Origin: Macrostomum lignano
Taxonomy: Eukaryota
Reading direction: 5' to 3'
Length of the DNA: 64,000 nt
Assembly: GCA_002269645.1 (NCBI GenBank)
Contig: NIVC01002190.1
Coordinates: 83,033-147,032 of the forward strand
Both the position numbers and the translations under genes were made by a program. Positions 10,326 through 22,768 of the stretch are shown piece by piece. Numbering within the stretch: position 1 is the stretch's first letter; every line of letters starts with the position of its first letter. Under the pieces are notes generated by a model, which made no database searches, was not told the DNA's origin, and was given only the letters and a program-made list of their open reading frames with translations.

Positions 10326-13144
10326 TCAGTTCGTAAAGATTTCAATGTAGCGAGTGCCTGCATCGGAGTTGCGAAGGGGCTAAGTTGTTAGGGGCCGTGA
10401 TAGTTTGAGATATTGAATAAAACATTTCAGTTTATTGGAAGGCTTTACATGATGGTTAGGGCGTGTGGAAATAATTCATGGGGATCTAGAGCATGTGGGG
10501 ATAATTTATGGGGATCTAGGAGATTTGGGGATAATTCATGGGGATCGAAGGCGTTTGGGAATAATACTTCATGGGGATCTAGGGGATTTGGGGATAATTC
10601 ATGGGGATCTAGAGCATTTGGAAATACTTTATGGGAATCTAGGGGATTTGGGGATAATTCATGGGGATCTAGAGCATTTGGAAATACTTTATGGGAATCT
10701 AGGGGATTTGGGGATAATTCATAGGGATCTAGATCATTTGGAAATACTTTATGGGAATCTAGGGGATTTGGGGATAATTCATGGGATCTAGGGGATTTGG
10801 GGATAATTCATGGGGTTCTAGGGCATTTGAGGGTTAATAACTCATGGGATTTCGTGGGGATTGAGGATAAGTAAAAAGATACTAACCAGACACCATGAGC
10901 CGCAACTCACCGATAACTTTGCCATTGTACTCGGCAGCCTGGCGGACCTCATCAGCTGACTGAAAGAAGGCGTCGGCCTCGCCGGAGCTCCGACCGCCGG
11001 GGTCGCGCCCGATCTGCACCCGGGTGGGCCGCAGCGGCGCGAAGAAGTCGTAGATTTCGGCCTCGCCGGCCGACCAGGGCAGGCCGCGCAGGTGGACGCG
11101 GAAGCCGTCGCCGACGCCCGGGCCGACCCCGCCGCGGTAGCCGCCGGGCTGGTGCATCGGCTGGTGCATCGGCTGGTGCATCAGCTGGGGCGGCCCGCCC
11201 ACGCCAGCTCCGCGCCCGCCGCCGCCGCCGCCGCCGGCCCTGTGCAGGAACAGGTCGACATAGCGGCTGCCCAGGTGCTGCTTGTTCTTTTCCATCGCCC
11301 GGCGACAGTCGGCTTCCGAATCAAAATCGACGTCGGCCTCGCCGCTTGGCCGGCCGTCCGGGTTGAAGCGAATCTCCACGTGGGCGGCGGTGAGCGGGGC
11401 AAAGAACTGCCGGATGTCCGATTCGCTGGCCGAGTACGGCAGGCCACGCATGTGCACCCAGTAACCCGTGGTCGACGCCCAATCGCTGCCAGGCGGCCCG
11501 CCGCCGCCGCCGCCGCCAAAGTCGCGGCGCATCCCGCCCGGGCCGCCGCCACCGTAGGGACTCGGCCTTGCGCCGCCGTAGCCGCCGGGGCCACCGCGGC
11601 CGCCGCGCATCGAGCCGCCGCCACTGGCCATAGCGCCAGAATAGTCGCCCATCTGAGGCCCGTAGTCGTAATCGTAGCCGTAGCCACCGCCGTAGGGTGG
11701 CGGCACCGCTGCGCCTCCGGCCGCGTACGGATCGCCTGTGAGAGTGCGATGGGACAAGCAAAAGATGGAGTCTCACTATGAGATAACAGTCCCGAAATCT
11801 CACCATGAGATTAAAGTACCGAAATCTCACTATGAGATAACAGTCCCGAAATCTGAGAATGAGAATGATCCGAAATGACATTAAAGTACCGAAACCTCAC
11901 TATGAGATAACAGTCACGAAATCTCACTATGAGATAACAGTCCCGAAATCTCACTATGAGATAACAGTTCCGAAATCTCACTATGAGATAACAGTCACAA
12001 AATCTCACTATGAGATAACAGTTCCGAAATCTCACTATGAGATAACAGTCACGAAATCTCACTAAGAGATAACAGTTCCGAAATCTCACTATGAGATAAT
12101 GAAATAACAGCCTTGAAATCTCAGTGGTTGCAGGTAACACAGGTACAATAGGAAAGAAGTGACTCTAGGCGACTCTGGGGCAGTAAAGTCGTATTTGAGG
12201 CATACTAGAGTCGTTGTATAGTCAGAATTGCGTCTAAAGCCCATCTGCTGTATGAATTAGAATCGCATCTCGCAATAATAAAAACTCTGTTTAGTCTACT
12301 TAAGTTAGTAGAAAGTTAAGCGCTAATGACTCAACAGTCGCCTCTCCGTCGCATTTGGGTCATAAAAAGCTACAAGTGTCGCCCAAGAGTCGATAGAGTC
12401 ACTAGTGGGGACAGTGGGGAAGGGTGGGGGGATATTCTAGGCACATCAAATGCGAACAAACGCCTCACCTCCGGACGCCATCATCTGCTGCCTATTAGCC
12501 TCAGCGTACGCCTCAGCCATAGAGCTGGGGAACAGCTCAATGTAGCGGCTGCCCATATTCTGCCGGTTGCAGCTGCTCAAAGCACTGCTGGCAGTCTCCG
12601 GTGTGTCGAACTGCACGTAGGCCTCGCCGCTAGGCCTGCCGTCCTGGTTGTACACCATCAGGATGCCGTCCTTCACCACGTGAAAGCCGTGAAAGAACTC
12701 TCTGATGCCGTCGAAATCCGCGGCAAACGGCAGGCCGCGCATCCGCAGCACCGGCTCCCGGTTGTGCCCGCCGTAGGCGCCGGCGCCGCCCCCGCTGCTG
12801 TTGGCTGGCCGGCCAGTGGGTCCGGGGACTCCGGCGCCAGGGACCATGCGAGCTAGCTCGGCCTCGCTGGATTGGAACAGCTCCACATAGCGCCTGCCCA
12901 TGTGCTGCTTGTCGTGCCTCATAGCCGCAGCGGCGTCGTCGGGTGTCTCAAAGACGACATAGGCCTCGCCGCTGGGCCGGCCAAGGTGGTCCTGGGTCAG
13001 GTGCACACCCTGCTGGCCCCGGCTGATGCTGCAGTCGTCAAAGAATTTCACAACATCGCTAGCCGTGGATTCGAATGGCAGGCCGCGCATTCGAACTACA
13101 CAGGACGGCCCGCCAGACGAATTGTTGGCATTGTTATAGCGCAT
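10326..13144 (-). CDS. HNRNPH1: hnRNP F/H (glorund/GRSF1)-family RNA-binding protein with four qRRMs, 510 aa; exons 13144-12469, 11735-10911, 10357-10326
   Basis: Four RGLP...GEA...RY[VI][ED][LI]F qRRMs; Gly/Tyr/Arg linker with RPSPY; both introns phase 1 GT-AG; a 32-nt last exon completes qRRM4 (GTRYIEIFTN*). Symbol indicates family only. Confidence 0.92.
10460..10860. repeat. Intronic ~30-bp minisatellite (GGGGATAATTCATGGGGATCTAG...)
   Basis: Tandem units in hnRNP intron 2. Confidence 0.9.
11770..12115. repeat. Intronic 27-bp minisatellite (CTCACTATGAGATAACAGTCCCGAAAT)
   Basis: Tandem units in hnRNP intron 1. Confidence 0.92.
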
Positions 13145-15717
13145 GGCTCTGGGGATCTGCTGGCTGAAGTATTTCGTAAGTTTTTCTATATACAAAAGGA
13201 GAGTTTAACAGATTTAACAACTTTGCACTTACATGTACAAATCTTATTTTCAAATACAAAATTATGTACTTATTATTTCGAAAATGGTTATTGCACTTTA
13301 TATCTCTAACCTTAAGCTTGCTTAAGCATTGTAATTAAATGCTCTAATTTTAATCTTCTGCAATTTAAATAAGTTTTATACGAAAATCATATATCAAAGA
13401 TAATTGAAAAGTCCTTTTAAAAGAGTTTATCAAATAGTCGAACCTACTATGTATCTATGCTATAATGCATAAAAGGTGAAGGTTCCAACTTATAATATAA
13501 GTAACCATTTGTGGGATGTATACTTAAAAGAATAGTCTAGTTATTAAGGAAAATTAATTGTTAACTAATCATTTTTAAAAGTAAATAAACAATTCAGTTA
13601 TTGGTAAAAGTGTTGGCATTAAAACAAAAAAATCTTAACTTATTAAATTTCTTTGAGTTGACTAAAAGTTAATTAGAATATGCTAATCTATTATCAATAA
13701 CACAGAATATACAGAAACTTAGCACTTTCATTTACAAAAACAAACTTTAAAATGCATTGTCTGCATTTTCATTCTTTTAGCTAGCACAGAGAGGTCATTG
13801 AAGTAATTTACAATTTATTAAGTAACACATACTAAGAAAAAAATTGTAATATAACTTATCAAACATATTTTTGTTCTTTCTTGTCTTTGGTCTTATTGAC
13901 ATTTTCATTATCATAAATGACAAATTTGTTGTTAATTTACTAATTATTAATGCAAATTCATTAATCAACAAAAAATCTTAATGACATTTCATTAATGTTA
14001 ATGAAAATCTAAATGCTTATTAATGGATTGTTACCCAATACTGCTACCTAGATTGTTATAATATGGTCATGGTTAGGTTAATCATATTATTAGTTGTTTT
14101 ATTTTTTAGAGGAAATGTTATAATTCATTATGATATATACAAGTTATGATAATTATACAAGTTATTTTAGCCAAGCTATTTATTATTCATTAAAATAAAA
14201 AATACATTTTTATGATAAAAAATATTGCAAAGTATTTATTTTAGATTATAGTCTACTTTTTGACATCTAATTATAATTTATAATTTATATACTGAAAATC
14301 AACCTTATGATTGGAATAAATTCTGAAAATGTATGGATGCCTATCAAGGGTCCAGCAAAAATGCACCAAAAGGTCACTCTAAAGTATATAGACTATATCA
14401 ATGGGTCATCAAGCAGTGGTGGCACACCAAAAAACAGCATTGTTATGCAGAGCACACCTAATAACTTTGCCAACTTTTGACATTTTGACATTTAGGCCAT
14501 TCTGACATGGATTCCAAGCACTATACAAGTACCAAGTGTTGCACTGCATTATACCATACTGCACTAAGTGCTACCTTACAGAAAATACACCACATCTCAG
14601 GGTTATTTTAAAAATGTCTAGATAGCTATCTGCCATTTAGAAACTTTTTTAATAAGGAAAAGCAAACTAAGATAAGGGCTTCCAAAATGCCAAATTACTA
14701 AAAAACATAGGCAGTGAAAAGTTTAGATCCCCTAATGTATCCCCTAGACTAAGTTTATCTTTGATTGGGACATTAAAATTTCTAAATTAACAAAGTTTAA
14801 TAATATAATGTTCTAATAAAAACAACTTGAGCATACAATACACTTTGTGACTTTCCAACTATATGTAAAGTCAATCACTATCTATATTTTATTGATCTAA
14901 ATGATCTAACTGTGTACAAACATAATAAAAAACATCTAGGCACAAATGAAGACAAAGTTCTATAGCTAGCATGGCATTAGGCCTAATGATGATTTTTTTG
15001 ACTTTCATAAAATTCAAAAGTTCCTCAGAGCAAGTTCTTCTAGTAGTGATATCAATTTTACCCAAGGAAATGCTTTGACAATTTCCTATATTAGGTGACC
15101 CATAACTATGCTATATAAGGTCTAATGCTATTTTTAAGGCTATAAAACTTTAATTAATAAACTTGTTTTTGTTTGTTTGTGAAAAATCTAGTGTCAAAAT
15201 AATTTAATGTAGAAAACTAAGACATTGCCACTTTAGTAAGCCTATTAATTAGTAGGTATATGGTCATTTTGTCTGCTATTAGGCCTAGTTTGTCTACTAG
15301 CAAACAAAATGACTACTCATTAGTAGGTACATTTATTGTTTGTTTAGCATGCTGCATGATATTATATAACATTAATATTGATTTATTATAGTTATTCTTT
15401 CTTCTATTTTTTCACTGTGAACTCTTATTTTGACCTATATATGCTAATACCTCTAAAAACTATATGAACTTCGAACTTTGTATGAAATTTCTACTAAAAC
15501 ATACATTCATTTTAATAAAAGTAGCACTAAATAGTAAAAAATAGATGCTTATTAGTAGCAAATATTTTATTGTATACAATACAGTAGACAAACATCTACC
15601 TTAGCAATGCTTTGATAGAATGATTAGGCTTACTCTTAATTTTCAAGTTAAAAATTCAATTTATAATTATAGAAACTTTAAATGCATAGGCCCAATCTAG
15701 GCAAAAAGCATAACATC

Positions 15718-16034
15718 TAAATAGAAAGCTTAATATCAACATTTGAATATGAGTGCAATTTCTAACAACTTCAACGCGTTTCGCATGCCATGGTGCATTG
15801 TCAGGATTTTATTAGAACGATTTGAGAAATTGAGATTGAAAGTGATGTACACAGGTAAGGAGGGTAAGATTGAAAACAATTGATTACAACTTGGCTTAAA
15901 CAACATACATAGGTCCTGATGATGCATCATGGCATGCAAAACGCTTTGAAGTTGTTAGAAATTGCACTCATATTCAAATGTTGATATTAAGCTTTCTATT
16001 TATTTTTCTCGCCAAGTGAGCAACTCTACCAACA
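15718..16034. mobile_element. Foldback insertion resembling an inverted Penelope-like pseudo-LTR
   Basis: 89-bp inverted arms at 15718-15806 and 15914-16002; 12-bp direct repeat CATAACATCTAA at 15709-15720 and 16035-16046; hammerhead-like CTGATGA..GAAAC cores in the arms. Confidence 0.6.
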
Positions 16035-19000
16035 CATAACATCTAACTACATGCCTATAGCAACTCATACTCATTCATGTTAATTGTCAAGTCAAGTTAC
16101 AAATTAGGCCTAATTTAATTGCATTCAACATTCTAAAATTTTCCTAAATCAAACTTAATTAACCTGTTTTTATGTAGGTCCTTCTTCCTAAGAGCAAAAA
16201 ACTTCTTCCAAATAGTTGAACCATCATTGCTTCCATGTTCCACCTATTTTTTATTAATCTTTAGCTTTTTTGTTCTCATTTGGCAAGGACCAAGGAGTCA
16301 AGGACCAGCAACCAGGTTCAAGTTAAGAATAAGATGTTATACCTTATACATTATATCCATTTACTAAAAATTATAGACTATAAGCTATTGAAACTCACAG
16401 ATTTTGAACCCAGGGATTCCAATCCCTAGAACTATTTTTGCATATATTCTGAAATCTAAGGCCATACTTAAACAAAAACTTGATAATACTTAATAGGATA
16501 GAGGTAAACATAAAATGGAATACAATTACATAAAATTAGGATTTGAGGCAAGTACCTATGACTAAATAAATTTAAAATTTTTGGATTTTTAGATTTCTCT
16601 CTTTGACTTTTCTTATGTCCTTTGGATCCTTTGAAACTTCTATTTTCTTTTCTGTTTCCTCTTTTCTTTCTTTTGTCTTTTTTCCTATCTTTTTTTTTCT
16701 ACTTTCTCCCTGTTCCACTTTCATCTCTTGTCTGTTCACTCAAGTCCCTGCTCTCATCTTCCCTCTTTCATCTGGTCATCTTTACTGTTTTATATGTTCT
16801 ATTACCTTTCACCTCTATACTTCTTTTTTCCTTTCTTTTGACTCTTCACTTTCCTTTTTCTTTTTTTTTCCATTTTCTATAGGCCCTATTATTCTCTCTC
16901 CACTCTCTTCCTTTATCTTTTATCTCTCATTTCTCATCTTTCTTTACACCTTTTTAGTTTATAGCCTAGAGAATGAAGTCAATGAAAAATTGTGCATTTT
17001 GAGCAGAAATTTTAAGGTAGCCTATAAGTATGACATTTTCTATAGTGAATTTAAGGTGGGTGCAAAATTCAAGTAGGCCTAAGAATAAGATGTTATACCT
17101 TTATTTATACATTATATATAGAATAGACTATACCCTATATAGTCGATAATAGACATCTAGTAATTAATTTTAAATATCATTTATTTGTTAATTGCAATTC
17201 AGCTAGCTAAAAGCCAAAGTAGCCAAAATTGGATCCAGTATTATCTGAGCAGTTGAAAAAAGTAGGGCCTACCGATTCAATGATTTATCATTAGGGCCTA
17301 GTGCACTGTAAATGTAAATCAACTAAGTAAATGAAGGCCTATGCAACAAAAGTAACATATTTTTCCTTTACAAAAACGCAAATGGCTGCGTCTTACTAAT
17401 ACTAGAGTCAGCGCCAGAGAAAATTGCTAAAGTGAGAGTCAAAAAGGTCGTCATTGGTGCCATGCTGACTACAAAACTTCACCTTCACGTGGGCCCAGGT
17501 GCCTTCAATGGTGTTCTCAATTACTGATTCCAAGGTCACAGAGGTCAGCCAATGGCCGCAAAAATTGGCAGGAGGTAGGATATTTACAGGCGCTCAAGGT
17601 TGTCCCGCCATGATTTACACTGAAAATAATGAAGATTGGGTCAAAATAATTTTATGGGGGAAGTAGGACCTTGCCAATGTATGCCTATGTATCTTATATA
17701 GATCTGGACCTAGGATTCTAGATGGACATTGATTAATTCAATTAAATGTTTTATTTTTTGTAAAATATAAACTGATTTTTCTGTTATTAACTTAAAAATT
17801 AATAAACACTTGCTGGTTTAATTAGAAAGATACCAATATAGTATAAAACATTTAATTTATATAATTATATAGCAATATGCCTATATCTTATAAATTATTA
17901 AACTAAGGATAGTGAATAAGGTGTAAGTAGGAATTAAAGCTTAGCCATAATCTTTTTATTGAATTTCTGTAATATTATATTTTTTAAAACATTGATATCA
18001 TTACATTAGGCCATTAGGGGCCTACTTTTCAATATATAATGTCGGCGCATGACCAAGATAGCCACACACCAATATGGCCATAGCTCTAAGTGTCTAAATA
18101 GATAATAATAAGCCTAGGTCTATATATTTCACTTATAAAAATATATTCACTTTTTCACTTATTTCACTTAAAAAGATGCTATATTGGAATTGTATTATAT
18201 TAGACCCCTATATTATAGTCATTCCTTTGGCTTTAGCTTTTAATACACAGCTTGACCTATAGATATTTATTCACTACATCAAGCAAGTAGCCTAGGCTAG
18301 GGCCTAACACAAAATAAATACCTTGCCTTGTTGCATATTTATCTTAATTTTTATATAGCATTACTAGTAGCAATGTTTTCTTAATAAACAGTGATAGATT
18401 TGATAGATATAATAATAGGGAATAAATTGGCATAAAGACTGAAAAAGATTAAATTCAAATCTATTATTGCATTAGACTAATGATTAGTATTTATGGATAT
18501 GATTGATTAAACATAATAATTAATATAACAATAGCTACTATATTGCCAATTAATGAAAAAAAGAGAGTAGAGCCAGATATTCAATGTTGTGGCCATCTTG
18601 GTGTGTGGCCATCTTGGTCTTACATCATAATGTCAATGATCCCATGACTTCCAATATTATATTTGGTGCATGACTAAGACCGCCACACACCAAGACCACC
18701 ATAGCTATTACTGGCTATTAGTATTGAGGGAGAACTACCAATCTTCTAGCATTGCTATTCCTCTCATGGTTCTTTTCTCGCTGCTAGCTCTCCTACCCAC
18801 TCATCTCCTCTCTAGCACCATCTAATAACACATAAATTCAAATTTTTCCCCTAGCCCCCAAGTGTAGCTTGGGGAATAAAAAAGAAAATTTAACAAAAAA
18901 GTTGATTTCTTTGCAAATAAATATTAAATAACATTGCAAAATAATTACAAAAGATAAAAAACTTTTACAAAAAAATTTGGCCTTAACTATATTAAATAAA

Positions 19001-20343
19001 TAGCAAAACATCTTTTGTAAGCCCTACTAACAATGTATTAGTTAGTTTCTGGCATTAAATTATTTTGACATTAATTTTTAACAAATAAACCAAAACAAGT
19101 TTATTAAAGCATACTTAAGATATATATAATTAATAAGTCTTTAAACTGTAGAGATCTTAAAAAAGCAACATTACATAATATAGTGATAACTGATAGGTCA
19201 TTTTGGTCATCTAATATAAAAAGTTGCCAAAGTATTTCAATAGGTAGAGTTGGTACTAGGGTCTATAAGAATTTTTGCTAAGATAAAGTGTGCTCTTTTT
19301 AAGTTGCCATTAATCTTTATGTGCAGAATGATCTAACTAGTAGATGTCAGGGGTCTTGCTGCTCCAAGAAAATAGGCCCTTGTCATTGTATGTAGACAAT
19401 CTGGTTGCAGATGAATGACTGGTGTTGCTTTTTAAACTGGCAGGCTACAGCTGCATTGCATAGTCAGTTGTACTAGTTGTTAATATCTGCTAAAAATACA
19501 ATATAGAATCTACATGGATTTTCCATATGAAATTGATATCAAATTTGTCACAGCAATTACATATGGAATCTATGTAGAAAATCCATATGGAATTGATATT
19601 GAATTTGACCCAGTGATTCCATGTGGAAACTATATAGACTTTTCTACCTGAAATCAGGCTTCATTTTGCAGATTGAGCTGAATGCTATCTAGGTATGCCT
19701 AAATGTTTAATTCAAAATAAGCTTTAAATTGAAGTCAACCATCTTGATCTTTACATTAGAAAATGATGCCAGCCAAGTCTGTATATATTGAAATGTAAGA
19801 TAGTAGCAGCCTTAAATTAATTTAAATCATTTGTGATACAAATTACATTTAGGGTGTTTTAAAATTAAAATATAATATACAATACAATACAAAAAGATCT
19901 TCAAGGCACTCAATCAGGGCCAACATTTCTGGGTCTTAGTTGTGTAGTTCCTTCCATTTTCATTGGACTTCTCCTAGAGCATGCAGTCTAACAGACGATT
20001 GACAAAGGCTTTTATGTGCTTTAGTAGTCTCACTTTCAGGTATGCGCAGTAAACAGATCTAAAAAAATACCAAATGCTATATTAGGAAAATTATTGCAAG
20101 ATACTTACAATTAACTATTGTTGCATTAGTTAGCATATTTAAATTAATAGGCAAATATATAAATGAACATAATTAAATAGGCCAAAATGTGCATTTGCCA
20201 GATGTGCTAGAAGCCATGGCTTTTTACTTAAACCAGGCCTACTTCTTATTTAGTTTTAGATCTTAGGCTAAAAAACTGCAATGAAAAAGAAATAAATTAT
20301 CATATACCATATAAATATTCCTTATAAGTAAAACATACAAATA

Positions 20344-20706
20344 GGGGGGCTGTAGCCCAGCCGTAGCGCAGCTGCTCTGGTGTGCCAGCGACCCAGGCTC
20401 GATTCCAAGTGCAGTCACATTAATTTGGGGCTGAATTAGAATCTCGGCTTGGCTCTGCTTGTGCAATTAATGGCCTTGAAAGCCAACCCCCCCAAGGCGC
20501 AGTGAAGTGTACATGCCTAACAATAATATAAAGTTAGGGCCGCTGTGCACTCCTGTGTGAGTGTGTGCCTGCGTACGTATCTGCGCGCTTGTATGCCTGC
20601 TTAGGGGAGTCGGCGGAATGGGCAGTAATGCCTCGCCGGTTGTGTGCCCATGTTGCTTAAAGTGCGCCAGGGTGCACACAACCCCCCTGCCTCTAATAAA
20701 AAAAAA
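20344..20706 (+). mobile_element. tRNA-derived SINE family B, copy 1
   Basis: GGGGGCTGTAGCCCAG A-box-like start, GGCTCGATTCC B-box-like motif, A-rich tail; body is similar to the minus-strand copy at 55830-56053. Confidence 0.7.
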
Positions 20707-20925
20707 CATACAAATATCTAAAAATTAATTTACAAAATGAAAAATTTAGAAAAAGTGCAATAGCTAGGCTAGTCTTCATATTTGGCAAATCTTCTATTAC
20801 AAGTTGCAATTTTAAATTTTCACTCTAAGAATAATTATTAAATATATTTAATCAACTTTGCCTGTTCACCTTGCCTATGTCCCTAGTGTTAAGCTCGCAG
20901 AGATTATTGGTAGCGTTAACTCCAC

Positions 20926-22507
20926 TACCATAGACAAACTTAAAATTGATAATAAAACAAGAACACGTATATTTATTGAACATTAAAACAGTAAACAAGT
21001 GTTTAGTCAGTTATAGTTGTTTTAGTTCATTAGTCTACAACTTTTTATTGCTATCACTATTGCATCTTGTTTGTTGGGGAACTGAAATTGATTGTGGTTG
21101 GCCCATAGAATTTTAGTACAGGGGTGGACCATTGTTGACTTAGAGCCAAAGCCTGCGGTCCAGAAATATTGGAGTTGCCGTTGGCAATTGCTGTTTCAAC
21201 CTCACTCACGCCGCTTGTTTTGGCTGCGGCAGTGGGCTCTCCATATAGTACTGCCAACATGTTCTTCTCTGACTTACGGATATCAATGTAGGACCTGTCA
21301 GCCTTTTCGATAATCCTTCCAGTCTTCTGGCTTGCTATTTCCTTACTGATGCCGCCTTCTACCAACCTAGTCTTGCAGGTCCGACGCAGACTACTGTTCG
21401 TGATAGGTCCGGTCATACTGCCGGCTTCAATCTGCTTGCCAGAGAACAGATTCTTCACGACGTTTTCAATTGTATGCACACCCATTGGTTGACTACGATA
21501 CTATATATCAGATGTCGGCGCCTTGATCGGTGTCAGATAGAATGCAGAGTGACCCTTGAGTCCGAATTGCTCCGGCTGGTGACGAACATAGGTCTTATAC
21601 ATCGTGATGACACATTTGTCTGGGTCGCCATTCAAATAGATCCTGGTTGTTTTTGGCTCAACGTGTACCTTGTGCAAACCAACTCTCCCATTCTTCGACA
21701 TTCACTTGGTGTACACCAGACATTCAGTGTCATTTTCCTTGACGAGCACAAGCTGCGATTGCTCACTGAATTCTAACGCGCGATGTTCAGCACTCGCTCT
21801 GAGCGATAGGTGCAGACCTAAGTGGTACAGCAGGGTATTCACCAGCTGCGTCGGATTAGACATTCCAAAATGTCCCTCTGCCCAGAGTTGCACTTCTTCG
21901 TCTAGGCCAATTACCCTCGCTCGCTTTGGTGTAAGATGAAAACCTGATTTGGCACTCAATTTCATGGCGGCATCAATGCACTGCCTGGTTAGGACAAACT
22001 CATTGTCCTTGAAGATGGACCAATCATGCAGAAACTTTGTTTGTAGGTGGAACTGTATACTGGCGACAAAACCTTTGATCGTCGCAGGCGGGTACATATC
22101 TCCATTGTCCTTGCGCAGTTCAAGCAGAAAGCACTGCAGCATGTAGTCCCATTCCTTCTTGCTCCACTCAAACATATCCTTCACAACTTTCAACTGAGCA
22201 GTTTGGTGCACTCGCCAGTCAGTATACCAAGCGCACAGTTTATTCCAATTGCTACGAACCTTTGTGGCCATTGTTTTAGGAATTCGCAAGTCTCTAAATT
22301 CAGCAAGCCAGAAGTCAACATTGGTGCTAGTGCTTTGCACTGTAGACGCTTCTTCATTGGTAATCGTTCGCATCACTTCCATTACATCGTCAGCAGTTAG
22401 CTCCTCTATTTTGGTAAAATTTGTGGCTTGTTTATTTCACAGCTTGCTTCTCTCTTCCTAAACCATCAGTCCTCTTTGATTTAGACTTAGTATTTTACCA
22501 TAGACAA
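20926..22507 (-). mobile_element. Putative Crypton (tyrosine-recombinase DNA transposon), decayed
   Basis: YR pseudogene bracketed by the direct repeat TACCATAGACAA at 20926-20937 and 22496-22507 (TATGG on the coding strand); boundaries inferred. Confidence 0.65.
21057..22382 (-). pseudogene. Crypton/DUF3504-type tyrosine recombinase, one frame of 442 codons with two internal stops
   Basis: LRKDNGDMYPPATI, LSLRASAEHR, SKN, WYSxQPxG-like, TNSSLRRT and SY motifs; TGA at 21702-21704 and TAG at 21501-21503; three track ORFs are contiguous and in frame. Confidence 0.88.
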
Positions 22508-22607
22508 TACAGGGAGCAGAGATTTAAATCTCCGCTGGAGATTAACTCGTGCTAAATATAGATTGCCTCAAGGCTTATAGGCTATTGATTAAATTAAAAT
22601 AACCCAC

Positions 22608-22768
22608 TGAAACGAGGAGATACTCTATGGCAAAATCTCCTCGGCTTTAGAATGTCTGAGGCTGCATTTAATGGTCCCGAGGCAAGCAAAGTGAGCTGAG
22701 GACCATTGATTGTAGCCAAGGATATTCTAACGCCTCGGAGATTCTGCATAGAGTATCTCCTCATTTCA
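22608..22768. mobile_element. 160-bp MITE-like foldback
   Basis: Imperfect ~49-bp inverted arms at 22608-22656 and 22720-22768 (TGAAACGAGGAGATACTCTATG / CATAGAGTATCTCCTCATTTCA); no clear TSD. Confidence 0.55.

Noticed and set aside
11092-12872. Antisense and alternative-frame ORFs overlapping GC-rich exons (also at MAGI and ADCK5)
   Set aside because: Shadow ORFs caused by high GC3; no homology
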